DNA of 64,000 nucleotides from Candidatus Hydrogenedentota bacterium (GCA_963674865.2 CAXXYE010000009.1:1376001-1440000); one strand, 5' to 3'; positions 48,763 through 59,222 are shown, numbered from the stretch's first letter. Notes: a model not told the origin generated them from the sequence alone. Made by a program: numbers and translations.

Positions 48763-51025
48763 CCGGCCGGTCGAGCGGAGCGCTTGTCTCCGCCGCGGGG
48801 TCGGGCTGGTTCAGCATGTCCGCCACGTCGCTCCAGTCGGGGCGGAGGTCGAGCGCCGCTTCGAGGTGCTCCCGCGCCTCGTCATGGCGGCCCAATTCCT
48901 CCAGGGCTATGCCGAGGTTATAGTGGGCGTTCGCCTGCCTCGGATTCACGAGGAGTACCTCTTCAAGCCAAGCCACCGCTTCCTCTGGGCGCCCCTGCTT
49001 GGTAAGAGCCTCGGCTAACAGGTTATACACCGTGATGTCGCCCGGCTCCAGGCGCACGGCCTCATTCAGTAGCGTCTCGGCCTCGGCCGCCTGCCCCTGC
49101 TCAAGGTAGAGCGTGGCAAGGCGGACGCGAGGTTCGACCAACTCGGGATCGATTCGGATCGCCTCCCGGAGGTGCTCTTCCGCCAGCGCGGTATTGCCTT
49201 GCCTGGCCATTAAGGCGCCCAAGTTGATGTGGGCGAGACTGCTGTCCGGGTCGAGGTGTATGGCCTCAAGGAACTGGTTTGCCGCTGCCTCGGCCTTGTG
49301 TTGGCGGGCGAGGGCCGCGCCCAAGTTATTGTGCGCGGGCGCGGAATCCGGATGGAGCGCAACGGCTTGTATGAAATGCCGCTCCGCCTCGATGTACTTG
49401 CCTGCGTTGAGGAGGGCGGTTCCGAGGTCGTTATGCGCCTCGAAGAGATTGGGCTCGAGTTCGAGCGCCCGCCTGTACATCTCGATGGCTTTGTCTCGTT
49501 CCGCGGCTTTCGCGAAGGCGCTGGCTAGGTTGTAGGCCCAGTTGGCCTGGTTAGGCTCGAGCCGCAAGGCCGTCTCGATGTGCTCGATGCCCTCCGTCAC
49601 TTTGCCCTGCTCGCAAAGGGCGACGCCCAGGTTGTTGTGCGCATCGCCCAAGTTCGGGGCGATCTCCAGGGCGGCCCGGAAGTGCTCGACGGCCTTGTCC
49701 ACCTCGTGCTTCTTGAGAAGGGCGTCTCCGAGGCCGCTCTCGGCGACGGCGTTGTTCGTCGTGACGGCCAGCGCGTGTGCGAATAACGCCTCACCGTCAT
49801 GCCAATAGCCCACCTGCCGCCATGCGCCGGCACTCAGCGCGGCAATGAGCATCACCGCGGCTACGGCAAGACTTCTCCGCGGCCACCGGCGTTCGAGGAG
49901 GCGGTCTGGTATGGCCCAGGCGAGCATGATTGAGAGTCCTATGAGGGGCAGGTACGTGTATCTGTCGGCCATTGCCTGACTGCCGACTTGCACGATCCCA
50001 ATGACGGGCAGGAGCATGACGAGGTACCACAGCCAGCCCACCAACAGGTGGGGGCGGCGGCGAACCCACCTCAAGGCGAGGAGCGACACGAGTAAGAGGA
50101 GCGCGCCTGCCGCCGCGGCGTATACCGGGGAGACGCCTCCGCCGGGATGCGGGTAGAACACGGCGAGCCGCGTGGGATAGACGGTCTTGCCGATGTAGGC
50201 GACATAGCTGATGAGGGCGTTGGCGACGCGCGTTTGCAGTGAAAACGCCTGGAATGACTTCATGGCGCCACCGTGGCTTTGGGCGAGGATCGTCAGCAGG
50301 CTCGACGCCGCCGACAGGGCGAACAGAGGCGCCTTCTCCACCGTCAAGACGCCGATCCGCCTGGCGGCCCCGGCAGGCGAAGCGCCGGAGAGGTCGAGGC
50401 GCCGCAAGGGCCATACGTCGAGCAGGAGCAAGACCGCCGGCAGCGTGACGAGCATCGGCTTGGCCGTCAGGCCCAGAGCGAGGAAGATGAACACCAACAG
50501 GTAGCGCCACACGCTCGGCTTCTCAGCATAGGCCTGGTACTCCCGGATGGCCAAGAGGCCCAGGAAGGCGCTCAAGACATCCTTGCGCTCGGCCACCCAG
50601 GCCACGGACTCGACGTGCAGCGGATGGCACGCGAAGAGGGCCGCCGCGAAGGCGCTCCGCCATGGGGCCCTGGTGGCGTGGTGGAGGATGATGAACAGCA
50701 GCAGCGTGTTGGCGATGTGCAGAGCCAGACTCGTGGCGTGATGTCCCCGCGGATTCACGCCGAACAAAGTGCAATCAAGCATATGGGAGAGCCAGGTAAG
50801 GGGATGCCAGTTGGCTTCCGAGAAGCTCGTGAACGCCCAGGCGATTCCCTCGCGCGTCAGGCCCATCTGGACGCGCGGATTTTGCGTGACGTAGGTGTTA
50901 TCGTCGTAGTCCACGAATGCATGGCCGAGGACCTGGCCGTAAATCCCTGCCGTCACGGCAACAAGGAGACAGGCCGCGATCACCGCGTGGCGCCGTTCTC
51001 GAGGAGTCTGCGGGAGCCCTTGCAC
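48743..51025 (-). CDS. TMTC-like GT-C membrane glycosyltransferase with C-terminal TPRs (paralog 1)
   Basis: FVDYDD, NWHPLTWLSHMLD, HPLHVESVAWVAERKD, ADRYTYLP, many TPRs. GTG start at 51025 inferred from the promoter position. Confidence 0.8.
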   Translation of the reverse strand: MQGLPQTPRERRHAVIAACLLVAVTAGIYGQVLGHAFVDYDDNTYVTQNPRVQMGLTREGIAWAFTSFSEANWHPLTWLSHMLDCTLFGVNPRGHHATSLALHIANTLLLFIILHHATRAPWRSAFAAALFACHPLHVESVAWVAERKDVLSAFLGLLAIREYQAYAEKPSVWRYLLVFIFLALGLTAKPMLVTLPAVLLLLDVWPLRRLDLSGASPAGAARRIGVLTVEKAPLFALSAASSLLTILAQSHGGAMKSFQAFSLQTRVANALISYVAYIGKTVYPTRLAVFYPHPGGGVSPVYAAAAGALLLLVSLLALRWVRRRPHLLVGWLWYLVMLLPVIGIVQVGSQAMADRYTYLPLIGLSIMLAWAIPDRLLERRWPRRSLAVAAVMLIAALSAGAWRQVGYWHDGEALFAHALAVTTNNAVAESGLGDALLKKHEVDKAVEHFRAALEIAPNLGDAHNNLGVALCEQGKVTEGIEHIETALRLEPNQANWAYNLASAFAKAAERDKAIEMYRRALELEPNLFEAHNDLGTALLNAGKYIEAERHFIQAVALHPDSAPAHNNLGAALARQHKAEAAANQFLEAIHLDPDSSLAHINLGALMARQGNTALAEEHLREAIRIDPELVEPRVRLATLYLEQGQAAEAETLLNEAVRLEPGDITVYNLLAEALTKQGRPEEAVAWLEEVLLVNPRQANAHYNLGIALEELGRHDEAREHLEAALDLRPDWSDVADMLNQPDPAAETSAPLDRPATGPAE

Positions 51026-51081
51026 GCTTGCCTTTCCGCCCGTGGGCCGTGTCGCGAGATCACAAACCGGTAGCCGTTGCG

Positions 51082-51110
51082 ATGCTAACAACTACTCGCG
51101 CCCGCGTCAA
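51082..51110 (-). promoter_or_regulatory. Sigma70 promoter TTGACG-N17-TAGCAT with TG extension
   Basis: Same architecture as the promoter at 53263-53291. Confidence 0.65.
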
Positions 51111-51136
51111 CGCTACTCCGGAGAGCGGCCCCCGCG

Positions 51137-53218
51137 CTACTCGCCCGGATGGGCGCCCGGAGCTGCTTGAGGCGAGTCGGCGGCTTGGCGGGCGATGTCT
51201 TCGAGGAGTTCCCGTGCGGCGGCCCAGTCCGGCCGGGAGGCCAAGGCCGTTTCCAGGTGCTCGCGTGCCTGTCTAGGTTGGCCGTTTCCCATAAGCGCGA
51301 TGGCTAGATTGTAATGCGCGTCCGGATGGGCGGGGTCGATCCGCAAGGCGTCGGTGAAGTGCTCGACGGCAGCGGCGGTGTCTCCCTGTTGTGCCATGAG
51401 CACGCCGAGATTGACGTGGGCGGGGGCATTCTCCGGTTGGAGGCGAAGGGCCTCAAACAATTGCTCCGCCGCCGCGGCTCCATCCCCTTGGGCGGCCAGC
51501 GCGGCCCCAAGGTTGGCGTGGGCCTCCGCGGACTTCGGATCAAGTTCGATGGCCTTGGCGAAATGGCCGGCGGCTCTTTCGTAGTCGGCGGCTTCGAGCA
51601 GGATGCTTCCGAGGCCGTTGTGCGCCTGGTAGCAATCGGCGTCGATCTCGAGCACGCGGCGGTAGAACCGGGCCGCTTCATCGGCCTTGCCTTGCTCTAC
51701 CAACGCATTGGCGAGATTACACGCCCAACGGGGATTCTCCGGCCTGAGGCGTGTTGCGGCCTTGAGGTGGTCGAGGCCTTCGTCCATGGCCCCCTGCTCA
51801 CACAGGGCGACGCCGAGGTTGTTGTGGGCCTCGCCGAGGTCCGGCGCGATGGCGAGTGCGGCCCTGAGGTGCTCTATGGCCTCGTCGGCTCGCCCCTGTC
51901 TCCAAAGCGCGTCGCCGAGGCCGCTGTGGGCGATGGCATTGTCCTCAGTGACAGCCAGTGCGTGCCGGAAAAGGGCTTCGCCGTCCCGCCAGTACCGGAC
52001 TTGATCCCATGTCTTCGCCGTCATGGCGGCCAGGATCAAGATACCGCAGGCGGCCAGTCCCGTGTGTGCCGAGCGACTCTCTAACAGGCGTTCCGGAATG
52101 CTCCACGCCAGCATGATGGATAGGCCGATGAGAGGCAGGTAAGCGTATCGATCCGCCATGGCTTGGCTTCCCACTTGGACGATCCCGATCACGGGCAGGA
52201 GCATCACGACGTACCAGAGCCAGCCGACGAGCAGGTAGGGGCGTCGCCGGGCCCACATCAGCGCCGCGGCCGATATCACGGCCAGCAGGCCCGCGGCGGC
52301 GACGGCATAGCCTATCGAGACGTCTTCGCCGGGATGAGGATAGAGCACGGCGAGGCGTACCGGCCAGATGGCCTTGCCGATATAAGCGATGTAGCTGATG
52401 AGCGCATTGGCGATGCGCGCCCGCATCGAGAAGGCCTCGAACGAGGCCACCGCGCCGCTGCGGCCTTGAGCCAGGATGTTTAAGAGCGCCGCAGCCACGG
52501 AAAGGGCGAATAGGGGCGTCTTTTCCAGGAGCAGTCCGGCGGCGCGTGCCATCGTGGCCTTGTCGAGCGGTTTGGCGAGATCCAGCCGGCGCAGCGGCCA
52601 CACGTCCAAGAGCAGGAGGATACCGGGCAAGGTGATCACCATGGCTTTCGCCATGAGTCCCAGCGCAAACAGGCACAGTACCAGCAGGTAGCGGGGGACG
52701 TGGCGGCGCTCGGCGTAAGCGATGTAGGCCCATATGGCAAGCAGTCCGAAAAAGGCGCTGAGCACGTCCTTGCGCTCGGCGATCCATGCCACCGACTCGA
52801 CGTGCAGCGGATGCAGCGCGAACACGGTGGCGACGAACGCGCTGCGCCAGAGCGAGCCGGTGGCGCGGCGCAGGATGGCGAGAAGCAAGAGCGTGTTGAC
52901 GAGGTGGAGTATCAGGCTCGTGGCGTGATGCCCGCCCGGCCTCAGGCCAGACAGATTGCAGTCGAGCATGTGCGATAACCACGCGAGGGGATGCCAGTTG
53001 GAGAAGAAGAAGGTGGTGAAGGCCCAGCGGATGTTGTCCCAAGTCAGCCCGGCCTGGACGCGGAAGTTCTCCGTCACGTAGACGGTGTCGTCGTATTCGA
53101 CGAATCCACAGCCTAGGACGTGGGCGTAGGCGATGATCGTCGCGCCCACCAAGGCCAACGCCACGAGGAGCACGGCGCGTCTACTGTAGGGGGTCTGAAG
53201 TGTCTTGTGCACGGCCAC
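51137..53218 (-). CDS. TMTC-like GT-C membrane glycosyltransferase with C-terminal TPRs (paralog 2)
   Basis: FVEYDD, NWHPLAWLSHMLD, HPLHVESVAWIAERKD, ADRYAYLP, TPRs. Confidence 0.8.
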   Translation of the reverse strand: MAVHKTLQTPYSRRAVLLVALALVGATIIAYAHVLGCGFVEYDDTVYVTENFRVQAGLTWDNIRWAFTTFFFSNWHPLAWLSHMLDCNLSGLRPGGHHATSLILHLVNTLLLLAILRRATGSLWRSAFVATVFALHPLHVESVAWIAERKDVLSAFFGLLAIWAYIAYAERRHVPRYLLVLCLFALGLMAKAMVITLPGILLLLDVWPLRRLDLAKPLDKATMARAAGLLLEKTPLFALSVAAALLNILAQGRSGAVASFEAFSMRARIANALISYIAYIGKAIWPVRLAVLYPHPGEDVSIGYAVAAAGLLAVISAAALMWARRRPYLLVGWLWYVVMLLPVIGIVQVGSQAMADRYAYLPLIGLSIMLAWSIPERLLESRSAHTGLAACGILILAAMTAKTWDQVRYWRDGEALFRHALAVTEDNAIAHSGLGDALWRQGRADEAIEHLRAALAIAPDLGEAHNNLGVALCEQGAMDEGLDHLKAATRLRPENPRWACNLANALVEQGKADEAARFYRRVLEIDADCYQAHNGLGSILLEAADYERAAGHFAKAIELDPKSAEAHANLGAALAAQGDGAAAAEQLFEALRLQPENAPAHVNLGVLMAQQGDTAAAVEHFTDALRIDPAHPDAHYNLAIALMGNGQPRQAREHLETALASRPDWAAARELLEDIARQAADSPQAAPGAHPGE

Positions 53219-53262
53219 CTATCTGCGGGCGGCGACACGAGGTCTCCGCGCGCTATGCGGCG

Positions 53263-53291
53263 ATGCTAACACCGAGGGGAGAACGCGTCAA
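53263..53291 (-). promoter_or_regulatory. Sigma70 promoter TTGACG-N17-TAGCAT with TG extension
   Basis: TTGACGCG...TGTTAGCATCGC shared with 51082-51110. Confidence 0.65.
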
Positions 53292-53384
53292 TGTGGGAAA
53301 CGAATAGATGCGCGCGGGCCCTTCATGCAGCGCGAAGTACGTACGACCTCTGATGCGGGCCGTCCCTCGGCGCCAATCAGGCGT

Positions 53385-53876
<492 letters not shown>

Positions 53877-54011
53877 TTAGCCTATTCCCGTCCAACACGG
53901 CGTCCTCAAGGGGCTCCCACTCCGGTAGAAGTCTGCCTGAACGTGCGGTTCCTGGTGGGATGCGGCTCCGCTCGGCGGGACATGCGTGTAGCCCTCCGTG
54001 GCGTCCGCATG

Positions 54012-54361
54012 TTTCCGTGGATTCGCTCTGCTCACCCATGAACACGGGATCTCAACAATCCCGCCCCCCGGAGGGGGCAGCCGCATGTAGCCGTGGGTGA
54101 GCGAAGCGAGCCCACGGAAACCGGCCCAGCCCAGTGAAAGCCCCGAATGGGGCGGCCGCGACTGCTATCACCGCAAGGCGGATTTCAGGGAAGGATTCAG
54201 AGCGCTGCTTGAGGGCCACGGTGTCGATTTCGACGAGGAGTACATTTGACTGTGAAGCTGAAGCGCTATCACACTATTCGGGGCTTTTGACGGGGAGATC
54301 CCGTGTCCGTGGGCTCGCGTCGCCCGCCCACGGCTACACGCGAGCGCCCCGTTCGGGGCGC
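54012..54361. mobile_element. REP/IS200-type remnant: inverted palindromic units flanking a Y1 transposase C-terminal fragment
   Basis: 33-bp inverted pair at 54086-54118 and 54306-54338 (3 mismatches); degenerate third copy at 54012-54040; 54166-54255 reads YHRKADFREGFRALLEGHGVDFDEEYI*L*. Confidence 0.65.
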
Positions 54362-54611
54362 CGGGCAATCCGCATCAGATACTTGGGGCTTCCGACTGAG
54401 GTGAGTGCCTTTGTCGTTCTTCCGCGTCATTTCGTATACTTGCGGCTGGTTTCGGGAAGGCCGTCGCGTGGCGGCGTGTCGCGCTGAAAGCGTGCGAAGG
54501 AATCTGCGATGGCCGGAAGACGGGATGCGTGGACGCGCCGGAGACGGCGCTTGGAACATGTCCCCTTTTCCCCGGCACGCCTTTGCATATGCTGAGAGAT
54601 GGATTCAGGAG

Positions 54612-55067
54612 ATGGGTGAGAAGCTGATTGCTCAAAACCGGCGCGCGCGGCGCGATTACCACGTCATCGAACGTTTCGAGGCGGGAATCGAGCTGCGAGG
54701 CACCGAGGTGAAGTCGCTGCGGGCCGGCAAGCTGACTTTCAAGGACGCCTATGGAGACGTTATCGGGGGTGAGCTGTTTCTGGTGGGCGCGCATATCAGT
54801 CCTTACGAGCAGGGCAACATCTATAATCACGAGCCGGAGCGCACGCGCCGCCTGCTGATGCACAAGCAGCAAATTCTCCGACTTGGCTCGCAGATTGCCG
54901 AAAAGGGCCTCACACTCGTTCCTCTGCGTGCCTATTTCAAGCAAGGCAGGGCGAAAGTCGAGCTGGGCCTCTGCCGCGGCAAGCAGATTATCGACAAGCG
55001 CGCCACCATCCGTGAACGGGACGTGGCCCGGGAGACGGAGCGCTTCATGAAGGGCTCACGCCGCTGA
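54612..55067 (+). CDS. smpB: SsrA-binding protein
   Basis: IAQNRRARRDY, EAGIELRGTEVKSLR, HISPY, RTRRLLMHK, DKR motifs. Confidence 0.96.
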   Translation: MGEKLIAQNRRARRDYHVIERFEAGIELRGTEVKSLRAGKLTFKDAYGDVIGGELFLVGAHISPYEQGNIYNHEPERTRRLLMHKQQILRLGSQIAEKGLTLVPLRAYFKQGRAKVELGLCRGKQIIDKRATIRERDVARETERFMKGSRR

Positions 55068-55115
55068 CGGATGCCCGCGCGCATGGGAGCACGAGTGCAG
55101 CACCGGAGGCGCCAC

Positions 55116-56732
55116 ATGTCCTGGCGATTTGTGTGGGGAATGACGGCGCTCGCCCTTCTGGCGCTTTGTCCTGGATGCGCCCTCGTTCGATACGCCGATT
55201 ACGCACTCCCGGCCGTTCGTCTGGATCGCGCCGGTAACGAGCCGCTCCCCAATGCCGATGCTCCAGCCGTCCAACGCGCCATCGACACGTGGGATAGCCT
55301 TGGGGAGGGCGGAAGAGAGGCGTTCCCAACGCCTTACCACGTCTACGTGGACACCCCCGCACCGGGCTCCTTTGAAGGGACCCACACCGTCGGGATGGCG
55401 TTCTCCGGCGGGGGTACGCGAGGCATCCTCTTTTGCGCCGCGGTTGCAGAACAACTCCGGGCGCTCGGCGACCTCATTGTGGACGCTCCCGACGGCCCCC
55501 TGCGCGTCAACCTGTTCGAGGAGCTGGACTATCTGTCCGGAGTCTCCACGGGTGCTATCCCGGCGGCCTTGCTCGCCCTGGACTACGGCGGCCATTGCCC
55601 GCCCGCATTCGAGATTGATCAGTGGCCGGATTGCTTCAACCTGGACGTTTGTGCGTATGGGCTGAAGCGCCTTGCCGTGCGGCCCGACTGGCTCGTGCGC
55701 GACTGGGGCGTGGACATGAATACGCGGGCGTTCGTTTCGGGGGCGCTGGCAGCGCTGTACTTTGAGGGGAAGTGGTTCAAACCTGCCAGCGGCCTGACCT
55801 TCGGCGATCTCCCGCGAACGCCGGTGCTGCTGCTCGGCGCGGCCGTCATCAACGACCCCGGCGTGCCGTTTATGGAGACTCGCCTGCCCTATCGCTACTG
55901 CCTGGACGAGAAACTCGGCGCGCCTTGGGCCGTGGGAATCCAGAGCTTTGAAAGCTTCCACTCCGATCCTATGGCCTACCCGCTTGGAGAGGCCTGCTAC
56001 AACAGCATCTCGTATCCGGGACACATGCGCTCCGGGCTGATGACGGTGCGCGCGGATCAGCCGTGGGTGTTTGACGGACTCGACGGGCCGGTGCGGAGAC
56101 GGATGGAGCGCGCCCGGCGTCAGGAAGGCTACGCGGGAACGTACGAGATCAAAGACGGGGGCCTCGTGGACAATCGGGGCGTGTACGTCATCAGCCGGGT
56201 GTTGGAGCGGCTTGCAGAGGAGCAGCCGCCCCGTCGCCGTCCCCTGCTGATTGGACTCGACGCGTCGCGTTTGGCACTACGGGCACCCGAAAAAGGCGAA
56301 AAGGCGCTGAAAAAAGGCTGGTTTCGGGAGATTCAGGCGTCATTTAACATCTCTTGGCAAACCGGCCAGGATGCGTTTCAGGCGTTGATGGCCGCCCGGG
56401 CTGATGCGGGTGCCTACGCATACGTCCGCTTCGGCTTCGCCGATTGGATTCCCTTCCTGGGGGAAGGGGAGGACTCCGCGGAATACCGCTATCTGGCTGA
56501 ACTTTGCCGCGCGGAGCCGCTTATCGGAACGCCCGAGCGCCTGATTGAGATTACGCGTGGCCTCGGCACCGATTTCACCGATGCAACCGAAGCCGAAATG
56601 GCCGCTGTCAACGTCTGTGCCAGGTTCGCGGTATGGCATACGAGGAATGAACTGCTTGATTGGGCCTCCGTGTGCCACGGCGGCGCGCCAGCGCGCTTTG
56701 AGCACCCCTTGGAATCGGGAGAGGGAACTTGA
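55116..56732 (+). CDS. Patatin-like phospholipase, probable lipoprotein
   Basis: SGGGTRG, SGVSTGA (GxSxG), KDGGLVDN; signal peptide ending PGC. Confidence 0.75.
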   Translation: MSWRFVWGMTALALLALCPGCALVRYADYALPAVRLDRAGNEPLPNADAPAVQRAIDTWDSLGEGGREAFPTPYHVYVDTPAPGSFEGTHTVGMAFSGGGTRGILFCAAVAEQLRALGDLIVDAPDGPLRVNLFEELDYLSGVSTGAIPAALLALDYGGHCPPAFEIDQWPDCFNLDVCAYGLKRLAVRPDWLVRDWGVDMNTRAFVSGALAALYFEGKWFKPASGLTFGDLPRTPVLLLGAAVINDPGVPFMETRLPYRYCLDEKLGAPWAVGIQSFESFHSDPMAYPLGEACYNSISYPGHMRSGLMTVRADQPWVFDGLDGPVRRRMERARRQEGYAGTYEIKDGGLVDNRGVYVISRVLERLAEEQPPRRRPLLIGLDASRLALRAPEKGEKALKKGWFREIQASFNISWQTGQDAFQALMAARADAGAYAYVRFGFADWIPFLGEGEDSAEYRYLAELCRAEPLIGTPERLIEITRGLGTDFTDATEAEMAAVNVCARFAVWHTRNELLDWASVCHGGAPARFEHPLESGEGT

Positions 56733-57196
56733 GCGCGTCGCCGATTCAGGCTGAAACTCAAGATGTCCCGACAGGCTGGTTGCTCTCGCCCGGTGTTCCC
56801 TCCAATGTGTCCCGCAGGATGCGTTCGAGCGCGCGAGCGGCGCCGGACTACGTAATTGGCGCGGCGACGGCTGCCCCGGATGAATAGCCCTTGGTTCACG
56901 CGCTCCTCGACCCGCGCCGCGAAATCCTCCGGCATGTTGGCGACGTCCAGGATTCCCTGGAATTCGGGCTTGAATAGTGTCAGCATACGCGCCCCCAACG
57001 GTAGAACTCGTAGCATTTGTTACTTGGATCATAGTGCTCGCACAAGGCAAGGGGGTCAAGTCTTCTTTGCTTCCGACTGCCGTCGGGCGGATTCACTTGG
57101 AGTGCGCCAGTATCCATTGTGCCGGATTTGCGGACGGTGGGCGTGCCAAGGTACATTTCGCGAGCACTGGAAACCAAATTGTGGAGTGAAGTTTCG

Positions 57197-57655
57197 ATGA
57201 TCGAATCCATTGATCATATCAATCTGGTGGTAGGCGACCTCGAGCGGTCCGTTCGTTTCTATGTGGACCTGCTCGGCTTCAAGGAGGTTCGCCGGGCGCG
57301 GCTCGAAGGGGATTGGATTGAGGCGGTCGTCGGGCTGGCGGACGTTTGCGCGGACCTGGTCTACATTGAGGCGCCGGACGGCGGTCTTCGGATCGAGTTG
57401 CTCGAATACCGCTCGCCCCCGGGCGCCATGATTCCGGAGAACGCGTTGCCCAACACCTTAGGCATGCGCCACTTGGCTTTCCGTGTGCGGGACATGGACG
57501 CGGTGTACGAGCGCCTCCGGGCGGCGGGGGTGGCGTTCATCAACCCGCCCACGTCGGTGGACGGGCGGGTGGTGCAGCACGAGGCGGGCCGGAAGACGCT
57601 GTGTTATTTTCACGATCCCGACGGGGTGATCCTTGAACTTGCCGAGTACACGTGA
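57197..57655 (+). CDS. VOC/glyoxalase family protein
   Basis: IDHINLVV.DLERSVRFY..LLGF, IELLEY, HLAF, DPDGVILEL motifs. Confidence 0.9.
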   Translation: MIESIDHINLVVGDLERSVRFYVDLLGFKEVRRARLEGDWIEAVVGLADVCADLVYIEAPDGGLRIELLEYRSPPGAMIPENALPNTLGMRHLAFRVRDMDAVYERLRAAGVAFINPPTSVDGRVVQHEAGRKTLCYFHDPDGVILELAEYT

Positions 57656-57706
57656 TAAGAGTGTCGGCACGGCGAGACGGGCGAGCCGCCGATCAGGGAG
57701 GGAGCG

Positions 57707-58081
57707 ATGCGCATTCGGATTGCATGGGACGGTGGCGAGGTTTTCGGGACGTTGAACGACACGGAGACGGCCCGGCAGGTCGCCGCGGCCCTGCCATGTG
57801 TCTCTCTCGCAAATACTTGGGGCGACGAGGTCTATTTCGAGGTGCCGGTGGAGGCCAAAATGGAAGACGGCGCCTGTCAAGTGGTGCCACATGGCACGAT
57901 TTGCTTCTGGGTGCAGGGCGATTCCGTAGCCATTCCCTTCGGTCCTACTCCGATCTCGGAAGGCAATGAGTGCCGACTCGTGACAAACGCCAATATTATC
58001 GGCAAGGTTGAAGGCGACGCCACGCTCCTTGGCACCGTCAACGCCGGAGATGCCATCCGTATCGAGGTCGCCGGCGGGTGA
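57707..58081 (+). CDS. Cyclophilin-like fold protein (DUF369-like)
   Basis: NTWGDEVYF, GTICFW..G...IPFGPTPIS...N.IGK motifs. Confidence 0.75.
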   Translation: MRIRIAWDGGEVFGTLNDTETARQVAAALPCVSLANTWGDEVYFEVPVEAKMEDGACQVVPHGTICFWVQGDSVAIPFGPTPISEGNECRLVTNANIIGKVEGDATLLGTVNAGDAIRIEVAGG

Positions 58082-59205
58082 GCGAAGCGACGTCTCACGG
58101 CCGGCCTGTCTCTCGCCGCGCGGCGTTGAAGGCGTTGGGGGCGGCGGCAGCGGCGTTTCACGGCTTCCGGCCTTTTTCCTGGGGACGCGCGGCGGCCGAG
58201 GGCATCGAAGGAGGTGCTATGAGGGTGAAGCTGGTTCATGTGTACAAAGGAACGCCGCCCGACCACTGTGTGTGCGACCAGGCGCTTCGCCTAATGCCGA
58301 ATGGCGACTGGGCCATCCTCTTCATGACCGGGGGCGACAAGGAGCCGCGCAAAGAGAACTACATCGCCCAATGCCGGTCGACGGATCACGGCGCGACGTG
58401 GTCGTCGGCCGAGCCGGTGCTGCGGTTTCCCGATAAGGCATGTCTCTTGACGGAGGCGTACGTCCAGGAGGGTCGGGTCGTCCTGCACGGCGTGAGCCAT
58501 GGTGGTCGTTTTGAAAACTGGCGCAACTTCACCATCTCCAGTGCCGACAGCGGACGCACGTGGTCCGAGCCGGCGGCGTTCGAGGCCATGCCGCGCCGCA
58601 CGTTCATCAGGAATCTCTATGCAAGCACCTGGGGTGAGTGGTTCCTGCCGTATCAGACGTACGACACCATGCCGAATCCGGATGCTCCGCCCAAGACGGA
58701 CGGCTCCCATGAACAAGCGCTCAACGGCGTCCTCATCAGCGGCGACCAGGGGCGGACATGGCGCCGTTCTGAGGACACCGGCCCGACGGCGGGCTGGGCG
58801 GAGAACAATGTCGTCGAGCTATCCGATGGCAGGCTGGTGATGCTCATCCGGGCCGACCGCACCGGGAGGCTCGTGCGTTCCGAATCGAGCGACCGCGGCC
58901 GCTCGTGGTCTACTTGTGCGCCCACGGATATCCCGAATCCGGGGGCGAAGTTCCGCCTTCACCGGTTAAGCACCGGCCGCATTATCTTGATTCACAATCC
59001 CGACGCAAGTGTCCGCAATCCGCTCGCCCTGTGGGCCTCCGACGACGATATGCAATCCTGGCCTCACAAAGCCCTTATCACCGATTTCCCCGGGCGGCTC
59101 CAATATCCCGACGGCTTTGTGGATGAAGCCGGGGGCTACGTCCACCTCGCCTTCGATTACAACCGCCACGACCTCATCTACGCCGCCGTGCCGCTGCCTG
59201 GGTGA
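58078..59205 (+). CDS. Tat-exported sialidase/BNR family protein
   Basis: SRRAALK twin-Arg signal; Asp boxes STDHGATWS, SADSGRTWS, SGDQGRTW, SSDRGRSWS; QYP. Confidence 0.8.
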   Translation: MSEATSHGRPVSRRAALKALGAAAAAFHGFRPFSWGRAAAEGIEGGAMRVKLVHVYKGTPPDHCVCDQALRLMPNGDWAILFMTGGDKEPRKENYIAQCRSTDHGATWSSAEPVLRFPDKACLLTEAYVQEGRVVLHGVSHGGRFENWRNFTISSADSGRTWSEPAAFEAMPRRTFIRNLYASTWGEWFLPYQTYDTMPNPDAPPKTDGSHEQALNGVLISGDQGRTWRRSEDTGPTAGWAENNVVELSDGRLVMLIRADRTGRLVRSESSDRGRSWSTCAPTDIPNPGAKFRLHRLSTGRIILIHNPDASVRNPLALWASDDDMQSWPHKALITDFPGRLQYPDGFVDEAGGYVHLAFDYNRHDLIYAAVPLPG

Positions 59206-59222
59206 GGCCCGGCGACTTCGAT

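Noticed and set aside
54247..54249. In-frame TGA as selenocysteine or recoding
   Set aside because: It lies in a transposase relic where Trp is expected; a TGG-to-TGA mutation is simpler.
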